Below the pieces are notes generated by a model that was not told where the DNA came from, did no database searches, and saw only the letters and a list, made by a program, of their open reading frames with translations. A program made the position numbers and the translations under genes. From Octopus sinensis (Eukaryota), in contig NC_043004.1 in assembly GCF_006345805.1 (NCBI RefSeq), positions 42,594,001 through 42,658,000 of the forward strand: a stretch of 64,000 bases of DNA, written 5' to 3'. This document shows, piece by piece, positions 1 to 14,722 of this stretch. Positions within the stretch are counted from its first letter, which is position 1; each line of letters starts with the position of its first letter.

Positions 1-15
1 TAATAACAATAATAA

Positions 16-3000
16 CTGACAGATCCCGTCTTTTTCCCTTTCTTTTCGTTTCCTTCTCCGTATTTTATTCTCATTATTTCGAACTAATACAGACACAGTA
101 AGCCTTGAAGAAAGGAAGAGGAGGAAAGAAAAAAAAAATGTCCGGAGATAAAACTATCAACAAAAAAAATACAGACGAATATAGATCTGCTAGTCTTAAG
201 AAGCGGCGCTATGAGCAATGCTTACATGCTGACAGAACCCTAAACTGACAGATCCATCTCCTAATATAAGAATGGATGCTCGTCATGCTTCAAGGTCAAC
301 AAATCAAACAATAAACCGCATTGGTCATTGCGCGGATTACAAAAGACCACGTACCCGAAAATTGAACCAAATCCTGATTGAAAAATCAGTTACTGGATCA
401 AATCTTCCCAACACACAGGAGCTGGACGAACCCACACAACCGGAATATTCCAACAGATGGCCATCCATGCTCATCACCAAATAATCAAAAGAAAAAGAAG
501 GAAAAATGGTCTAGGGAAGATAATAAAGAAGTTCTTGAGGCCTTCTACCATGCCATATATTTCCCCACAGATAAGTCTAGCACTGTACAAGCATACTTAA
601 ACTGGAGACAGAAACACCCTGAAGTAAGACCCTACATAGACAGTAACAAGCTTGCCAATGTTAGAAGAAACATTATAAAAAAGAAATTACTGACTGAAGT
701 AGAGATTGATCAGGTTAGACAAGCAATATCGGATAAAATGAACGAAGCTGCAGCTAGAGAAGATAATACAGAGGAAATGATTATAGACCAGCCCAGGGCG
801 GATAAAACGAAGAGAGGATTGAAAGAGTTAGTATAAGTGATAGGCAAAGTGAAATACGCCCTGAACCAATCATAAACACTAAGACAGATGAGCATCAAAT
901 AGATAAAGAAAGTCACACAAATATTGACCCAACAGAACTACATGAGCTAAAAAAAAATCATCATGATTGAATGGCTGAAAATTAAAGAAACCAGCATGGA
1001 TGAGCGTGATACACTTCCTAAAATCCGCAACTCTAACCAAAACATGAAAATAATTGGTAAAATCCGGCTGCACTTAAGGATATAATTTCAGTTAATGATG
1101 TTGATATCACAAACCTCAACCACCTATACTATGCATCCGCGAAAATCTCAACGATCCTATGTGGTGTAAAGATTAGAAAACGGCAACAGTCCCACAAAAG
1201 CCTTCTTGGCAAGAGCGTCTGCAACAACAATTAAAGTATTTAGATCTGACATTGAATATTTGAAAGACCTTAAGGCTCACAAGACTACCAAACCTACAAA
1301 AACCAAAAATTACTGAAAAAATACAATATGAAAACTATACTTGATATTGATGCCACCATAGAAACCATCAAACAAAAGGTATCTGCCAACTGCCCGCATA
1401 GCGAGGTATGAAAAGCGTGTTAGATTTTTCAAGGACAACAACATGTTCAAAAATAACACCAAGAATTTTTACAGGAAGATAGGAAAAACAGCGTTTACTG
1501 CAGGGTCTGTACCATCAAAAGAAGAAGTGCAGAGATTTGGAATAAAATCTGGGCAGAAGAAAAAACACACAACGAAAAAGGCCCCCTGGATTGACAGAAT
1601 ATCTACAGAACTGGACCCCTTAGAAGAGCAAAAGTGGGAGGGTGTCAAGGTAGAAGATATAAGATCTGCTCTCAGGAGGTCAAGCAAATGGAAGTCTCCA
1701 GGAAAGGATAAAATTCCTAACTTCTGGCTGAATGCCTTCCCAGAGAGCCATGAACTGCTAACAGAACTGTACAATGATGTTTTGCAACACCCTAGTAGGA
1801 TGCCTCCTTGGCTAGTTAATGGTTAACATTCCTGCTTCCAAAAAGTGAAGAAACAATGAACCAAAAAACTATAGACCCATAACCTGCTTAACAACTATGT
1901 ACAAAACACTAACATCTGTCCTGACGGAATATACCTATAGTTTTTTAACAGACAGCAGCATATTCCCTAATGAACAGAAAGGATGTAAACGTGGATCCTA
2001 CGGCTGTAAAGACCAACTACTCATCAATAAGATGATCTTAGAAGATTGTCACAATGACACAAAAACTTATCAATAGCCTGGATAGACTATAAAAAGGCTT
2101 TTGATAGCCTACCACATAGCTGGATTAGGAAATGCCTTGAAATGTATAAGATAGCACCAACTCTGCGAAACTTCTTGACTGTAAGTATGAGATCATGGAG
2201 AACCACACTAACTCTGAACAGTGACAGTGAATCCCTAAATGCTGGTGATGTAAAAATTTCGTGTGGCATTTTCCAGGGTGACTCACTGTCACCACTCCTC
2301 TTTTGTTTATCCTTAATACCTCTCTCAAAGCTGCTCAATGACGCGCAGTACAGGTATAATATGTTTGATAAAAATATAAATCATCTCGTTTACATGGATG
2401 ATTTAAAGCTTTTTGCAAAAAATGATCAACAACTCAAGGGCTTACTAGCGATAGTCAAACAATTCAGTGACGACATCAGAATGCAATTCGGCCTCGATAA
2501 ATGTGCAAAGGCTACCTTTATCAAAGGAAAAATGACAGAAACATCTAACGTTAACCTTGACCAACAGAATGTCATAAAAGAACTAGACCCAGCGGAGAGC
2601 TACAAGTACCTAGGGGTAATTGAAGGGAACGGAATAAGGCATTCAGAGATGAAGGAAAGGATCAGGAGAGAATGCTATCGAAGAGTGAGAGCAATACTCA
2701 AGACAGAGCTGAATGCAAGAAACAGGATCGAAGCAATCAATGCATTAGCTATACAGTCGTGACTTACAGTTTCAATATTGTTAACTGGTCAATTACTGAA
2801 ATATGTCAGCTCGACAGAAAAATAAGGAAACTGTTGACAATGCATAGAATGCACCACCCTAAGGCAGATACAGAACGACTCTATCTGCCAAAAAAGAGGG
2901 AGGCCGTGGTCTTTTGCAACTGGCAATAACAATGAAGATTGCTACAATTGGCCTAGACACCTACCTGAAAAACTCTGAGGACTGGATGTTAAAACTTGTC

Positions 3001-4167
3001 TCAAAACATGAACAAGAAAGCATCATACTCAGTCACAAAACAGGTAAAGGAATATCTAAGTGAATTCCGAATACAACCAATTTCGGAATTAGAGATAGGC
3101 ATACAAGAAACAAGCACAGAAAAAGCTAGGCGCATGAAAACCCGTGCCAAAACTGCGGCCTTAGATATTCTGAATAATAAATGGCAAGAAAAACCTCTCT
3201 ATGGCAAATACCCAAAGAGAGCGAATAATGCAGATATCGACAAAGCCCTGACCCATCAATGGCTAATGGCCTCTGGCTTAAAATCTGAAACAGAGGGGTT
3301 TATCATAGCAGCTCAAGATCAATGCCTACCAACAAGAAACTACCAGGCCAACATATTAAAGATCAGAAGCAGTCCAACGTGTCGTGTATGCAAGCAACAA
3401 AATGAAACCATTGACCATGTGGTCTCCAAGTGCAGTCTTCTAGCGCCTACAGAGTATCTCAACAGGCACGATAGAGCTGCACAATATATTCACTGGGTAA
3501 TCTGTAAAAACCTGGATTTGCCCCATGAAAAAAACTGGTGGAACACAAACCACCCCCAGTGCTTGAAAATGACCACATCTCACTCCTCTGGAACTTCACA
3601 CCATTCAAACTGACAGGAAGATAGATGCAAATAGGCCAGACATCATATTGAAAGACTTCAAACAAAGAACATGCCTCCTCATTGATATGACTGTCCCAAT
3701 CGATATAAACGTATCTGTCAGGACCTACCAAAAACTGAGCAAATATAAAGATCTTGAAATAGAAATCAGCAAAATGTGGAAGCTGAAGACTAAAACAATA
3801 CCTGTTGTCATAGGTGCCCTGGGAATGATAGCAAAAGGGGCTGATAGCTACCTAACTCAGATACCAGGAAACCCAAAAATGGCAGAAGTTCAAAAGATAG
3901 TGCTCATGGGAACTGCTCATATCCTACGCAAAATACTCTCTATGTAACCTCAAGGTTTAAAACAACCATAATTTTCGGTTTAAAAAAAAAAAAAAAAAAA
4001 AAACTCTTTTTTTTTTAGACATTCATTAGTACAACATCCCCACCCCCCAAATATATGGCACACTAGGCATAACAACAACATGAACTTCCAACCCTGTTGT
4101 CTCTTGAGGTCTCTGGGTGAGACTTGGAGCCAACTTGTACAAATATAAAGCAAAAGTCAAACATAGA
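16..4167 (+). mobile_element. Near-full-length R4/Dong-clade non-LTR retrotransposon (RT + restriction-like endonuclease) inserted in a (TAA)n tract
   Basis: Flanked by TAA repeats at both ends (1-15; ~4168-4187). One long frameshifted ORF with RT and RLE motifs. The 3' UTR matches the truncated copy at 14723-15055. Confidence 0.9.
272..3947 (+). pseudogene. Frameshifted ORF of the R4/Dong element: N-terminal domain, reverse transcriptase, CCHC zinc knuckle, PD..D RLE endonuclease
   Basis: ORF pieces give KWSREDNKEV..LANVRRNI, WKSPGKD, YRPITC (~1870), DYKKAFD (~2085), GIFQGDSLSP, YMDDLK, YKYLG, HPKAD, AAQDQ, CRVC..ETIDHVVSKC, RHD, RPDI..IDMTVP, KLSKYKDL. The start codon is uncertain. Confidence 0.9.
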
Positions 4168-4268
4168 ATAATAATAATAATAATAATATGAGGGAATATT
4201 ATTCCAGACTTACAGGGAAAAATTCAATTCAGAAATACTAAATCAAATTTCACAAAATATAATATATT

Positions 4269-4299
<31 letters not shown>

Positions 4300-5364
4300 A
4301 TAATATATATATAATATAATATATATTATATATATATATATATATATAAATTAAAAAAAACACCTTTTATCAAATCAATAATGAAAAATTAAATTATACC
4401 ATTTAGAAAGATTTCATAATATAGAAAATTAATATAAGAAAAACATATAACGATGATTAAGTTATGTATAAAATAATAAATAAAACGAATACATATATAT
4501 ATGTATATATATACAACAAACATGCATTCACACACACACATGATCAAATATACTTATTCGTGTAATAGCAAAAGAGAACACTGAATTTTCTGTTACGTGT
4601 ACATGAAATATTTTACGTAAAGAAAAGTGTAGAAAATTATGAGAATTCATGTAAAATTGTTCGTTGATACTCTAGAATGAAGGTCACCGTTGGGATGCTC
4701 GGCAATCTCCCAAAATATGCAAAAGAGAAAACATAATATATACAAGTGAAAATATAACGTTTACAAATACACACGATCGGCATTTCTCTATAAACATTTT
4801 TTTTTAAATTTAAAAACTAGGAGTTAACATGGCTTCTAGATATGTTCCAAGGAGGGAGGTGCCCACGCATTTATTTATATCTATTTCATGTTCACTATAT
4901 TTTTTGCCAACTATCTATTTAGGTATTTGCATATCTACTTTTCGATCTAACGGTCACACTATTTTAATAATTCTCTTCCTCTTCTTTCTAACGCTATGTC
5001 AGCGTGAGTGTCTATATGCAGAAATATATGTGTACGTCTATACACACACACACACACACGTGTGTATAGGTGTACGTGCATACAGACACGCGCATATACG
5101 CGCACGCGCAAACGCATAACTATATATATATGTTGACGTGTATGCGTATAAACAAGTAAATGCATATATATATATATATGTATGTATATATCTTATCTCG
5201 ACTTCTATTACATGCATACATATTTATATGTGTGTGTGTATATATGTATATATATATTTACATATATATATGTATATGCACACATACACACACAGAGACA
5301 TATATAAACATTTAAGTATATATATATATATATATATACATACATACATACACACTATATATAC

Positions 5365-5430
<66 letters not shown>

Positions 5431-5788
5431 TATAGTTTTTGCATCTGTATATGTGGGCATAGTTTATGAAAAAATGTACGTAGCATATATTGTCATAACT
5501 ACGCATATGCCAGGTGACTGACACAGTTATAGCGTTTATTTTTTCCCTGCTTATTTGTAAATATAGTGTTTAGATCAAAATATCCTTCGGACAATTTGAT
5601 AAGCATATAAAGTGTTTTCGTACCATGAAATGTGTAGGGGAAAAAATATATTTATTTATAAAGAACCAGAAGCAAAAGAAAAAAATATGTATAATTACGC
5701 AGAATTTGAAGAAAAAAAATATTGCTGAAACTTACAAAAATATCTTCTGCATTAGTTAGACATCAAGAAAAATCTATATATTCGCAGC

Positions 5789-5789
<1 letters not shown>

Positions 5790-5854
<65 letters not shown>

Positions 5855-6046
5855 TAATAATAATAATAATAATAGTAATAATGATAATAATAATGACGAT
5901 GATGATGTTAATGGTTGTGATGATAATGATGATGATGATAAACAAATAAATATATAATTTGTTTATATGCCACAAGTACAAGAAATGGGAAAATTAATAG
6001 CATAGTAATTCTACCACCACCATGATCACTACTACTACTACTATTG

Positions 6047-6084
<38 letters not shown>

Positions 6085-6275
6085 GCTACTACTCATGAAA
6101 ATAATAATAATAATAATAATAATATTAAATAAGAAAAAGGAGTTAATGAAAACGAAGTAAAACAAAAAGAAGGATAGAAGAAACAAGAGGAAAAGAAGAA
6201 GCGGAAGGGGAGGAGGGGATGAAGCGGAAGTGGAAGAGAAGAAAAAGAGGAGATAAATGAAGGAAATAGTAGTAC

Positions 6276-6326
<51 letters not shown>

Positions 6327-6650
6327 AAGAAGAAGAAGAAGAAGAGAAGAAGAAGAAGAAGAAGAAGAGAAAAGAAGTAGGAGAGGAAAGGAACGAAGAG
6401 GAAGAAGCAGATGAGGAAGAATAAGAAGGGATAGAGGAGGAGGAGGTACATGAAGCAAAAAGAAGGGAAAGAAGAAGTACATGAAGAAGAAGAAGGAAAA
6501 GGAAAGAAGCGGAAGAAGAAAAGGAAGAAGGAGGAGTAGGAGAAGAAGAAGAAGCAGAAGAAGAAGAAGAAGAAGAAGAAGAAGAAGAAGAAGAAGAAGA
6601 AGAAGAAGAAGAAGAATGATATGGGGAACAACAACAAGAAGATGAAGTTT
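5790..6650. repeat. Compound trinucleotide microsatellite field (TAA)n/(TGA)n/(CTA)n/(TAG)n/(GAA)n
   Basis: Directly visible; generates the poly-N/L/F/S ORFs in the track. Confidence 0.95.
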
Positions 6651-6904
6651 AACATCAACCACACCACTGAGATGTCTGACAGTAAAAAAAAAACAACATA
6701 GTATTGAATAAAATGTAACGTGTATTTGTTGTTTTGCCTACGCAGAGAGAGCAGTTAATGGTCAACAAATGCCTACACAAGCGTTTACAAGTACACACAT
6801 AGAACCAGTTATATCTAATATATATATATAAATTATACATACATTCACACATGCATACATACGTCTGCAGGTATACGCACACAAATCTGTATGCATATAT
6901 ATAT

Positions 6905-6985
<81 letters not shown>

Positions 6986-7366
6986 GACGGATGCATGCAT
7001 ATGTGTGTGTGTGGTGTGTGCGTGTGTGTGTGCGTGTGTGTATATTTATAGCTATATTTGCTTGTAGTTTAGGAAGTGTTTTTGAAAATCTGACCGTACT
7101 GCAAAATTCCCTAACACGAAATTGAATTTCTTATTGAGTTACCTACTATCAAGTGAGATTCTGTTCCTACGATCTTTCTCGAAACAAAGGGAACAACAAG
7201 GACACGGCAAAGAATAAGCTGCATGAGCACGTTTATAAATGAAAATAACTATTTTTAAACATGCAATACGATACATACGATACAAAAGAGATATATAAGA
7301 TAACAAAACATTTCAAGGGGAATAAGTCAAAAAATGAATAAGGCTCGTAATATCTGAAGAGTACGA

Positions 7367-7770
7367 AGGCGGCGAGCTGGCAGAAACGTTAGCACGCCGG
7401 GCGAAATGCTTAGCCGTATTTCATCTGCCGTTACTTTCTGAGTTCAAATTCCGCGAAGGTCGACTTTGTCTTTCATCCTTTCGGGGTCGATAAATTAAGT
7501 ACCAGTTAAATACTGGGGTCGATGTAATCGACTTAATCCGTTTGTCTGTCCTTGTTTGTCCTCTTTGTGTTTAGCCCCTTGTGGGCAGTAAAGAAATAGG
7601 TATTTCGTCTGTCTTTATGTTCTGAGCTAAAATTCCGCCGCGGTTGACTTTGCGATACATCCTTTCAGGGTCGATAAATTAAGCGTTCTTTGCGTACTGA
7701 GGTTGGTGTAACTGATTGACCTCTAGCTAAAAAATATCGTGCTTTGTGTCTAGAGTAGAAACGAAAAGAA
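7367..7770 (+). mobile_element. tRNA-derived SINE with Meta/Sauria-type central domain, with an internal partial duplication
   Basis: A-box-like GAGCTGGCAGAAACG and B-box-like GAGTTCAAATTCC. The central motif CTTTCATCCTTTCGGGGTCGATAAATTAAGTACC occurs twice (~7470, degenerate ~7655). Confidence 0.8.
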
Positions 7771-7879
7771 TATCTTAAGAATAGTTCTTACTGATAAATC
7801 GTTGACTAGTCTGAGAGGAGTGGTGGTGGTATATGCGTTACTTGGAGCACGAGGGACAATATTGTTCATTCTCCCGAAT

Positions 7880-8735
7880 TTTTGCTTCAGGAGTAAAGAA
7901 CTTATCCAAAGTTTATCGTGCATCATCTTTTAGTGCAACACAGTATAGGCAATGTGCTCTTTGTAAACACTTGATTGTTTACGTTACGTACACGATTAGA
8001 ATCATTATCAACCAAAACATACTGACCTTCCTCTTTAAGAGTCTAGCATTTAACAATTATAATAAAATAAAATGTAGGTAGAACTCCAGTAGTCTTCCTT
8101 TTAATAACATCAGCTTCTCGTCAGAGAAACCTTCACCAGAGCACTAGTAAAATAATCACACCATCCTCTATGATTTCTTCAAGTCCTACATTATTTGCAT
8201 TTGTCACAATATACTTCTCTGTATCAGCAGTCAGAGTTTGACGAGCCATTTTCCCGTTGTGCAAATTCATCCGCGTCTAAAACGTCTCAAACGGACTTGA
8301 CTGGGGAAACAATGCTTCTTTTTTTACAGCTTCATCTTCCTTGATCTATAAACCGCCAAACAGAATTTTAACTCTTTTTGGAATGACTACCGTGTTTGTC
8401 CGCACATTACACCAATTCTGACCATCGTGTCATATATTAAAGATTAGTTTCGTTTTAAGCATTACATAAGAGCTATGGAAAAATGTGATCCTGACAGTTA
8501 ACAGAGTAGTTTCTTAAGCACTTGGCATAATTTTCTCTCTCTTGTAACGTATTATTCCTACAGTAGACGTTCCAAGACTTATTGATTTGGCAATATAGCC
8601 TCGTTTTATTTTCGCATCAAGTCTTTTTAAATATCAAGTTTATTACCTAGCGCAATCCCTTGACTATTCCTTTTCCCAATACAACCTCCAGGTTTAATTG
8701 ATAGCTTTTTTTCTAGTCATCCTCCATCTTGAGAG
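7880..8735 (-). mobile_element. Decayed, internally deleted Tigger/pogo DNA transposon
   Basis: Hand translation of the minus strand gives a CENP-B-like HTH (..GNKLDI..IAKSISLGTSTVGII..REKI), RFRRxMNLHN, a C-terminal VGLEEI segment and TLDKFF. Many stops and frameshifts. Confidence 0.65.
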
Positions 8736-9309
8736 CGGAAAATTGTCTTATTCGTATTGATGCAGTAATGAAATTGAGATGAAAAGGCATAGGACGAAGG
8801 AAGAGAATGTACGATATGATTGCATTTCACTCAAGAGTCATCAGATCTTATAAGCAATTCAACCGTGTACATCTAACTTAAGACATAAATGCACACACAC
8901 TCATACACAAACACTCACACACAGACACACTCATGCACACACATTCATACAAACAGATGCATACACACATATACACACTCATAGACACATAGACACATGT
9001 ACACCCATGTTTTGGCGTACAGGCTGACGTCTGTTGTAGACAGTTGGCTATAGAAGTTAGTTGGTAGTAGCAATGTATGGGATTGTCTTGCTTTAGAAGT
9101 TAGCGACGATGGGCGGGTTTTATCGGTGGTTTAGTGGTTATATTGTTCTTGCTAATTGTATCATTGTGGGTGTTTAGTCGCAAGTCAATTATCTTTGATC
9201 TATGATTAAAGATTCGACATTTTAATTAGAACAGGATACCGTTACTGTTCTGAATGTGTTCGCGACGATTACAGAAATACACGCACACACACTCACGCAT
9301 ATACACGTA

Positions 9310-9359
<50 letters not shown>

Positions 9360-9407
9360 TACATAAAAACACACACATTTGTGTCTGTATACATCTTTAT
9401 ATATATA

Positions 9408-9474
<67 letters not shown>

Positions 9475-9784
9475 CACACATACATACACCCACATTTGTG
9501 TGTATGCATGTATGTGTGTAACGTGATCATAGTTTTTGAAATCGTCAGCTGTATGCTTTGATCATAACTAAAGCACAAGTATTCTTTGAACTAAGAAGAA
9601 AGAGTAGCTTTAAGTCGTCCCCAGTTTAAAACTGCACAATATAAGTTTCCTATAAGACTGAAATTACCGACCGTATACATAAATTGATGATCACACTTTC
9701 CAATTCCCATAAGCAGGAAATCGCGCAATCTGAGTTAGCAATAGCGTACACATACATACATACATATATACATACATACATACA

Positions 9785-9860
<76 letters not shown>

Positions 9861-10774
9861 TTTATATACAGATATATATATATATATATAAAACTCTCTA
9901 ATAGCTTTACATTTTTACATTAAAGAAGTACTCTAGAAATTATCAAGATGTCTCCTTATATCTATGATCTCCACAGAAGATGTTCTAAAAGGCCTACACA
10001 AACTTACATACACACACGCAAAAGAGGGTATCTTTGTATGCTAACAAACTGAAGGAAAATTTTCCTTTATCTTCTTCGATTTTAATTAAACTATACTATA
10101 AAGTTTTGTTCCTATATGTTTACATGAATGTATACTCACCTATATTATTCCAACTTTAGCAAATATATGGAACATAATTTTAAAAAATTACAAAAATAAC
10201 CTCAATGTCACTATATATTAATCAAATTACTTATAGAACAATGCACACCAAGCGAAAAACATACACCCTATATATCAAAGTACAAGAGTAAAACAATTTT
10301 CTGTAGTAACTAAGTCATGATTTGCCGGGTTAATAACACCGACCTTACAAACAGAAGCATTAAATACACTAAATAATAAAACAAGTAAAGATAGTACCAA
10401 TCTAAACTTACCAGTTACATACATTCTTCCGTGCAAACTATTTGACACACCCTATTACTGAAGGATTAAATTCTAGACTTACCACCTTGGATTTTTATAT
10501 TTGTCAAAGGATTAAGGCCGATAATACTAAATGCAATAAATAAAATGTCACACGTTGTTTCTAGAGAAATGTATACAGGCTTGAATAATTTCTAAACAAT
10601 AACATAAAAACAAATTAAATAAAATATTTTTTTCAATATGCTTCCCTATCATACCCGACTACAAAATCCTAATGACTACCCCATTCAAACCTACACACCC
10701 AAAGATGAGTTTCACTCCAAAGACACATGTAAATGCAAAATCAACTCTGATGCATCGCAGTCCGACGATGCGTT

Positions 10775-11304
10775 AGTGTTTTGGTGACTCTCCTACATCT
10801 AACCACTGTCCTGCCCTCTTGATGTTATCAAAGATATCAATTTCCATCACACGCAATGATTCGGTTCAAAACGGGTTATTTTTCCAATCGAGAAATCAAC
10901 ATGGAACACGGTAAGGCGTCTGTTTCTTTGAATGTCATTAACTTGGTGTGGAATAAATCTATCCCTCTTTCTGACGTTTCCAATTTCCTTCAATTGTCAA
11001 GAAGCAATTGCGGGAGATATCCGTAGCTCTGATCCGATTTTTCGGACCGTTGTTCTCGGATTTCGTTTAACCAAAGCATTTAATTCATCACACTGAATAA
11101 TTGATTTTGGTCACCCTGTTTGTTCATTTTGAAGGCTTTCATTTCCTGAAGGAAATCTTCGGAATCATCTCTGAACGATCAATTCTAATATCAACAGAAA
11201 CGTTATGAAAAGCCTGCTTGATATTCCGTAGAGCTTTGGTGGCTGAGTGACCCAACTTGTATTTGTACAAAAAAAATCACTCAGTATGGGTCAGTTGTCA
11301 ACAT
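10775..11304 (-). mobile_element. Mariner transposase N-terminal remnant
   Basis: The minus strand reads YKLGHSATKALRNIKQAF..FRRFPSGNESL..DELNALVKRNPRTTVR..LKEIGNVRK..FIPH..GQWLD, matching mariner HTH domains and the WVPHEL linker. Confidence 0.75.
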
Positions 11305-12340
11305 TGTCATTAGACCTGTGGGTAGCAATATAGAATAATAGTATTGTCCAGAAAGAAAAAGAGTTAAGAGTAAACTGAAGCATATACATAGAAACTCATT
11401 AAAGATCCATTTATAGATGACTCATAAGAAACATATTTAAAATATGTTATTTCATGTGAGACAACCTAATATAATGGTAACTCGAATGTGGCTGGTCTTA
11501 TGCTTCCACAATACACACGTTGGTGAGGTATTCATTTTATCTAGGACACATATTCAATATGCGGGGCACGACGAATCTCCTCCCGGCTTAGGAAGGGTCA
11601 CGAAGACAGTAGAGATATCTGGAGACGTCAATTTCACCGTTCTTGGAGGACATTTGAAACTCATCGGAACACATTATTTACCCAAACAAAAACTTAGAGA
11701 AAATTACGAGACACAAAAACCAAAAATCACTGATGTCGAAAACATTATTACCTTTCACTGATCCAAATGAACTTCAAATCATATACGCATACTAAGTGTC
11801 AATGCTTGCATATGCAAGCAGTATATTAAATCATTAAGGTAAAATGGGACAGCAATCAATGAGTCATATTTTCAAGAAAAAGATGAAATACACACACACA
11901 CATACACACACACACATATATATATATATATGTGTGTGTATGTATATAAATACATACATAGATACACGATACATACATACATACACATATATATTTACAA
12001 GCACACACATATCTATATTTACACCCACACATATACACACACACATAACTATTCAGGTGGGTGGCATATGTAATTGCGTGCACGCATGCGTTCTGTGTCT
12101 GTATTTGTGAATGTATGTATGACATTATTTGATTCATGGAAATCTTCAATGCAGGTGTAGACCACCTTCAGATAATATTCACTGTATAGAAATCTACAAG
12201 ACTGATATGTGATAAAATTATGATTTGGCACATATTAGAAAGTGAATGAGTTTAGGATTAGAAAGCTTAGTAATAAAGATTTTTCAATCTAGTATTCAGG
12301 TTATGATATAAATACATACATATGCATGCATAAGCACACA

Positions 12341-12406
<66 letters not shown>

Positions 12407-12471
12407 GATAGATATGATATATATATTATGTATTTTTATATCTATATATATATACATATATTTATATATAT

Positions 12472-12529
<58 letters not shown>

Positions 12530-12676
12530 ACAGAGAGAGATAAATAAGTAGATAGATAAATAGATGTATGAATAGATAAAAAACAAATAAATACAGGGTT
12601 CCAATGAGCGCTGATCATTAGTTTGCATATCTATATTCTTTTCATATCCTTTTCTACGTATGCATTTATGCATGTA

Positions 12677-12733
<57 letters not shown>

Positions 12734-13384
12734 TATATTATATATATGTGTGTGTATGTATGTATGTATGTATACATACACACGCGGCGCACACAAATAC
12801 ACTCAGATGCATACATATATATATAAATATATTGATGTACATGGCTGCGTAAGATGATGCCTGTGAATATGTAGATCTGCATTTGTATTTCGGTAGGTAC
12901 GCATCCATATATTTTATGGCTGTTCAGCTAAAGTAGATATTGACAAAGAAGTCTTTATAACGTGCGAAAATTATCGGCACGTACTATTCCTTTAAGTAAA
13001 ACTTCAAAGGCGTCCTGTATATTTTTATCAATCTAGGAATGTTTCCGAGCTATGCCATTGAAGAAAGTCACATTGGTGATATATTAGATCCATGGAATGC
13101 ATTGATAGCAAGAATGGACGAGTCATTATGAATGGAACACTGAATCAAATATATATAAGATGGGAGGAAGTTGCAGCTATCGTTAATATGTAATTACTGG
13201 TACATATAGTTAAATGTGCACGCGTATATGCGTTTGTGTGTACATGACGTCACATTTGAAGATGTCGGTAAACCTTTGCATTGATATTTAATACCTACGT
13301 ACATATAAATATATGCATATACATACATATCTATGTGTGTCTGTATGTGTACATAATTGCATGGCTACACTGACTCAAATATTC

Positions 13385-13791
13385 TCTCTCTTTACCCTCT
13401 TTTACTGGTTTCAGTCATTTGAGCACCGCCTTAAGTCGAGGAAATCGACCCCCAGGACTTATTCTTTGTAAGCCTAGTACTTATTCTATCGGTCTCTTTT
13501 GCCGAACCGCTAAGTTACAGGGATGTAAACACACCAGCATCGGTTGTCAAGCGATGTTGGGGAGACAAACACAGACACACAAACATATACACATGCACAT
13601 ACATATATATACATACATATATACGACGGGCTTCGTTCAGTTTCCGTCAACCAAATCCACTCACAAAGCTTTGGTCGGCTCGAGGCTATAGTAGAAGACA
13701 CTTGCCAAAGGTGCCATGCAGTGGGACTGAACCCGGAACCATGTGGTTGGTAAGCAAGGTACTTACCACACACAGAGTCACTCCTGCGCCT
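13385..13791 (-). mobile_element. tRNA-derived SINE (octopus OK-like family), near full length
   Basis: Minus-strand tRNA head (TGTGTGGTAAG..GGGTTCAGTCCC), internal (CA/TA)n, 3' tail with AAGAG repeats. Homologous to 40608-41005. Confidence 0.85.
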
Positions 13792-14034
13792 GTAGTTTGC
13801 GAAATATATTTTTTTCATATCTATAAACAAATATAGTATTGGTTACAATTTTCAAAATGACCAATCAATGGTTCACAGTACTTTCGATTAGAATAACTAA
13901 AGAAAATTCGTTCGAAGCACTGTTTCTTGCCGTTGTTTATAACGTTTTGCTGATTTTATTGTAAATTATAAACATGTACACACATGTGTGGACATGAAGT
14001 CACACACGGAGAGCAAAAACAACAACAACAGTAA

Positions 14035-14270
14035 TAAATGCCCTGTTGCAATACCAGGCACTGACCCTGTTGGCTCTTCTCATCTTAACTAAATCAAGGT
14101 GTTTTCTCTTGTTATGAAAGATGGGCTACAGCAAATATTCTGCTCACTACCACTGATTTGCTTCTCAGTTGTTGGAGCATAAGCTGTTGAGCATATCCCA
14201 AAGTGACTGACGATATGTGCATCACTGATCATGTGCAGGTATAGTGGGGGAGCAGCATAGTCATGTGCAG
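14035..14270 (+). repeat. Fragment of a TAA-flanked non-autonomous repeat (same family as 43470-43957)
   Basis: Shares GGGCTACAGCAAATATTC and TGCAATACCAGGCA with the reverse complement of 43770-43950. Confidence 0.55.
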
Positions 14271-14505
14271 AATTTGATTAGAACGTAAAGACAGACGAAA
14301 TGCCTCTAGGCATTTCGCCCGGCGTCTTAACGACACTGCCAGCTCACCGAATAATAATGATTTCAATTTAGGGGTCGAGTGTGTTCAACTGGTACTCATT
14401 TTATTGACCCCGAAATGTTGAAATGCAAATTCAGCTAGGGTAGCATTTGCACCCAGAACGTAAAGACAGACGAAAGGCCGCTAAACATTTTGCCCTGCGT
14501 GCAAG
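14270..14505 (-). mobile_element. Two degenerate fragments of the 7367-type SINE
   Basis: AGAACGTAAAGACAGACGAAA occurs twice, plus CTGGTACTCATTTTATTGACCCCGAAA; reverse-complement similarity to 7367-7520. Confidence 0.6.
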
Positions 14506-14722
14506 GGCTTTTTTGTGGGTTTGTGGGTTTTTTAAAGTATGTTCAGTAAAAATGGGTCAGCCAGTTTAGCCTGCCGGCTCTGGACAGCTGCTTCTTTCCT
14601 TCATACCCAGCAAAAACAGCTGAGAGTTTTGATCACGTAGTTGTAGTAGTGATAGTAGTAGTAGCAGTAGCAGTAGTAGTAGTAGTATTAGTAGTAGTAT
14701 TAGTAGTAATAATAATAATAAT

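Noticed and set aside
9900-10760. Possible decayed PLE ORF segment (ENFP..PTLANI..CKCK)
   Set aside because: Too degenerate to support without a profile search.
11444-11761. 105 aa ORF / possible mariner C-terminal piece on the minus strand
   Set aside because: No convincing motif on the plus strand; the minus-strand PPRTVKLTSPD resemblance to YSPDL is weak and out of order relative to the adjacent remnant.
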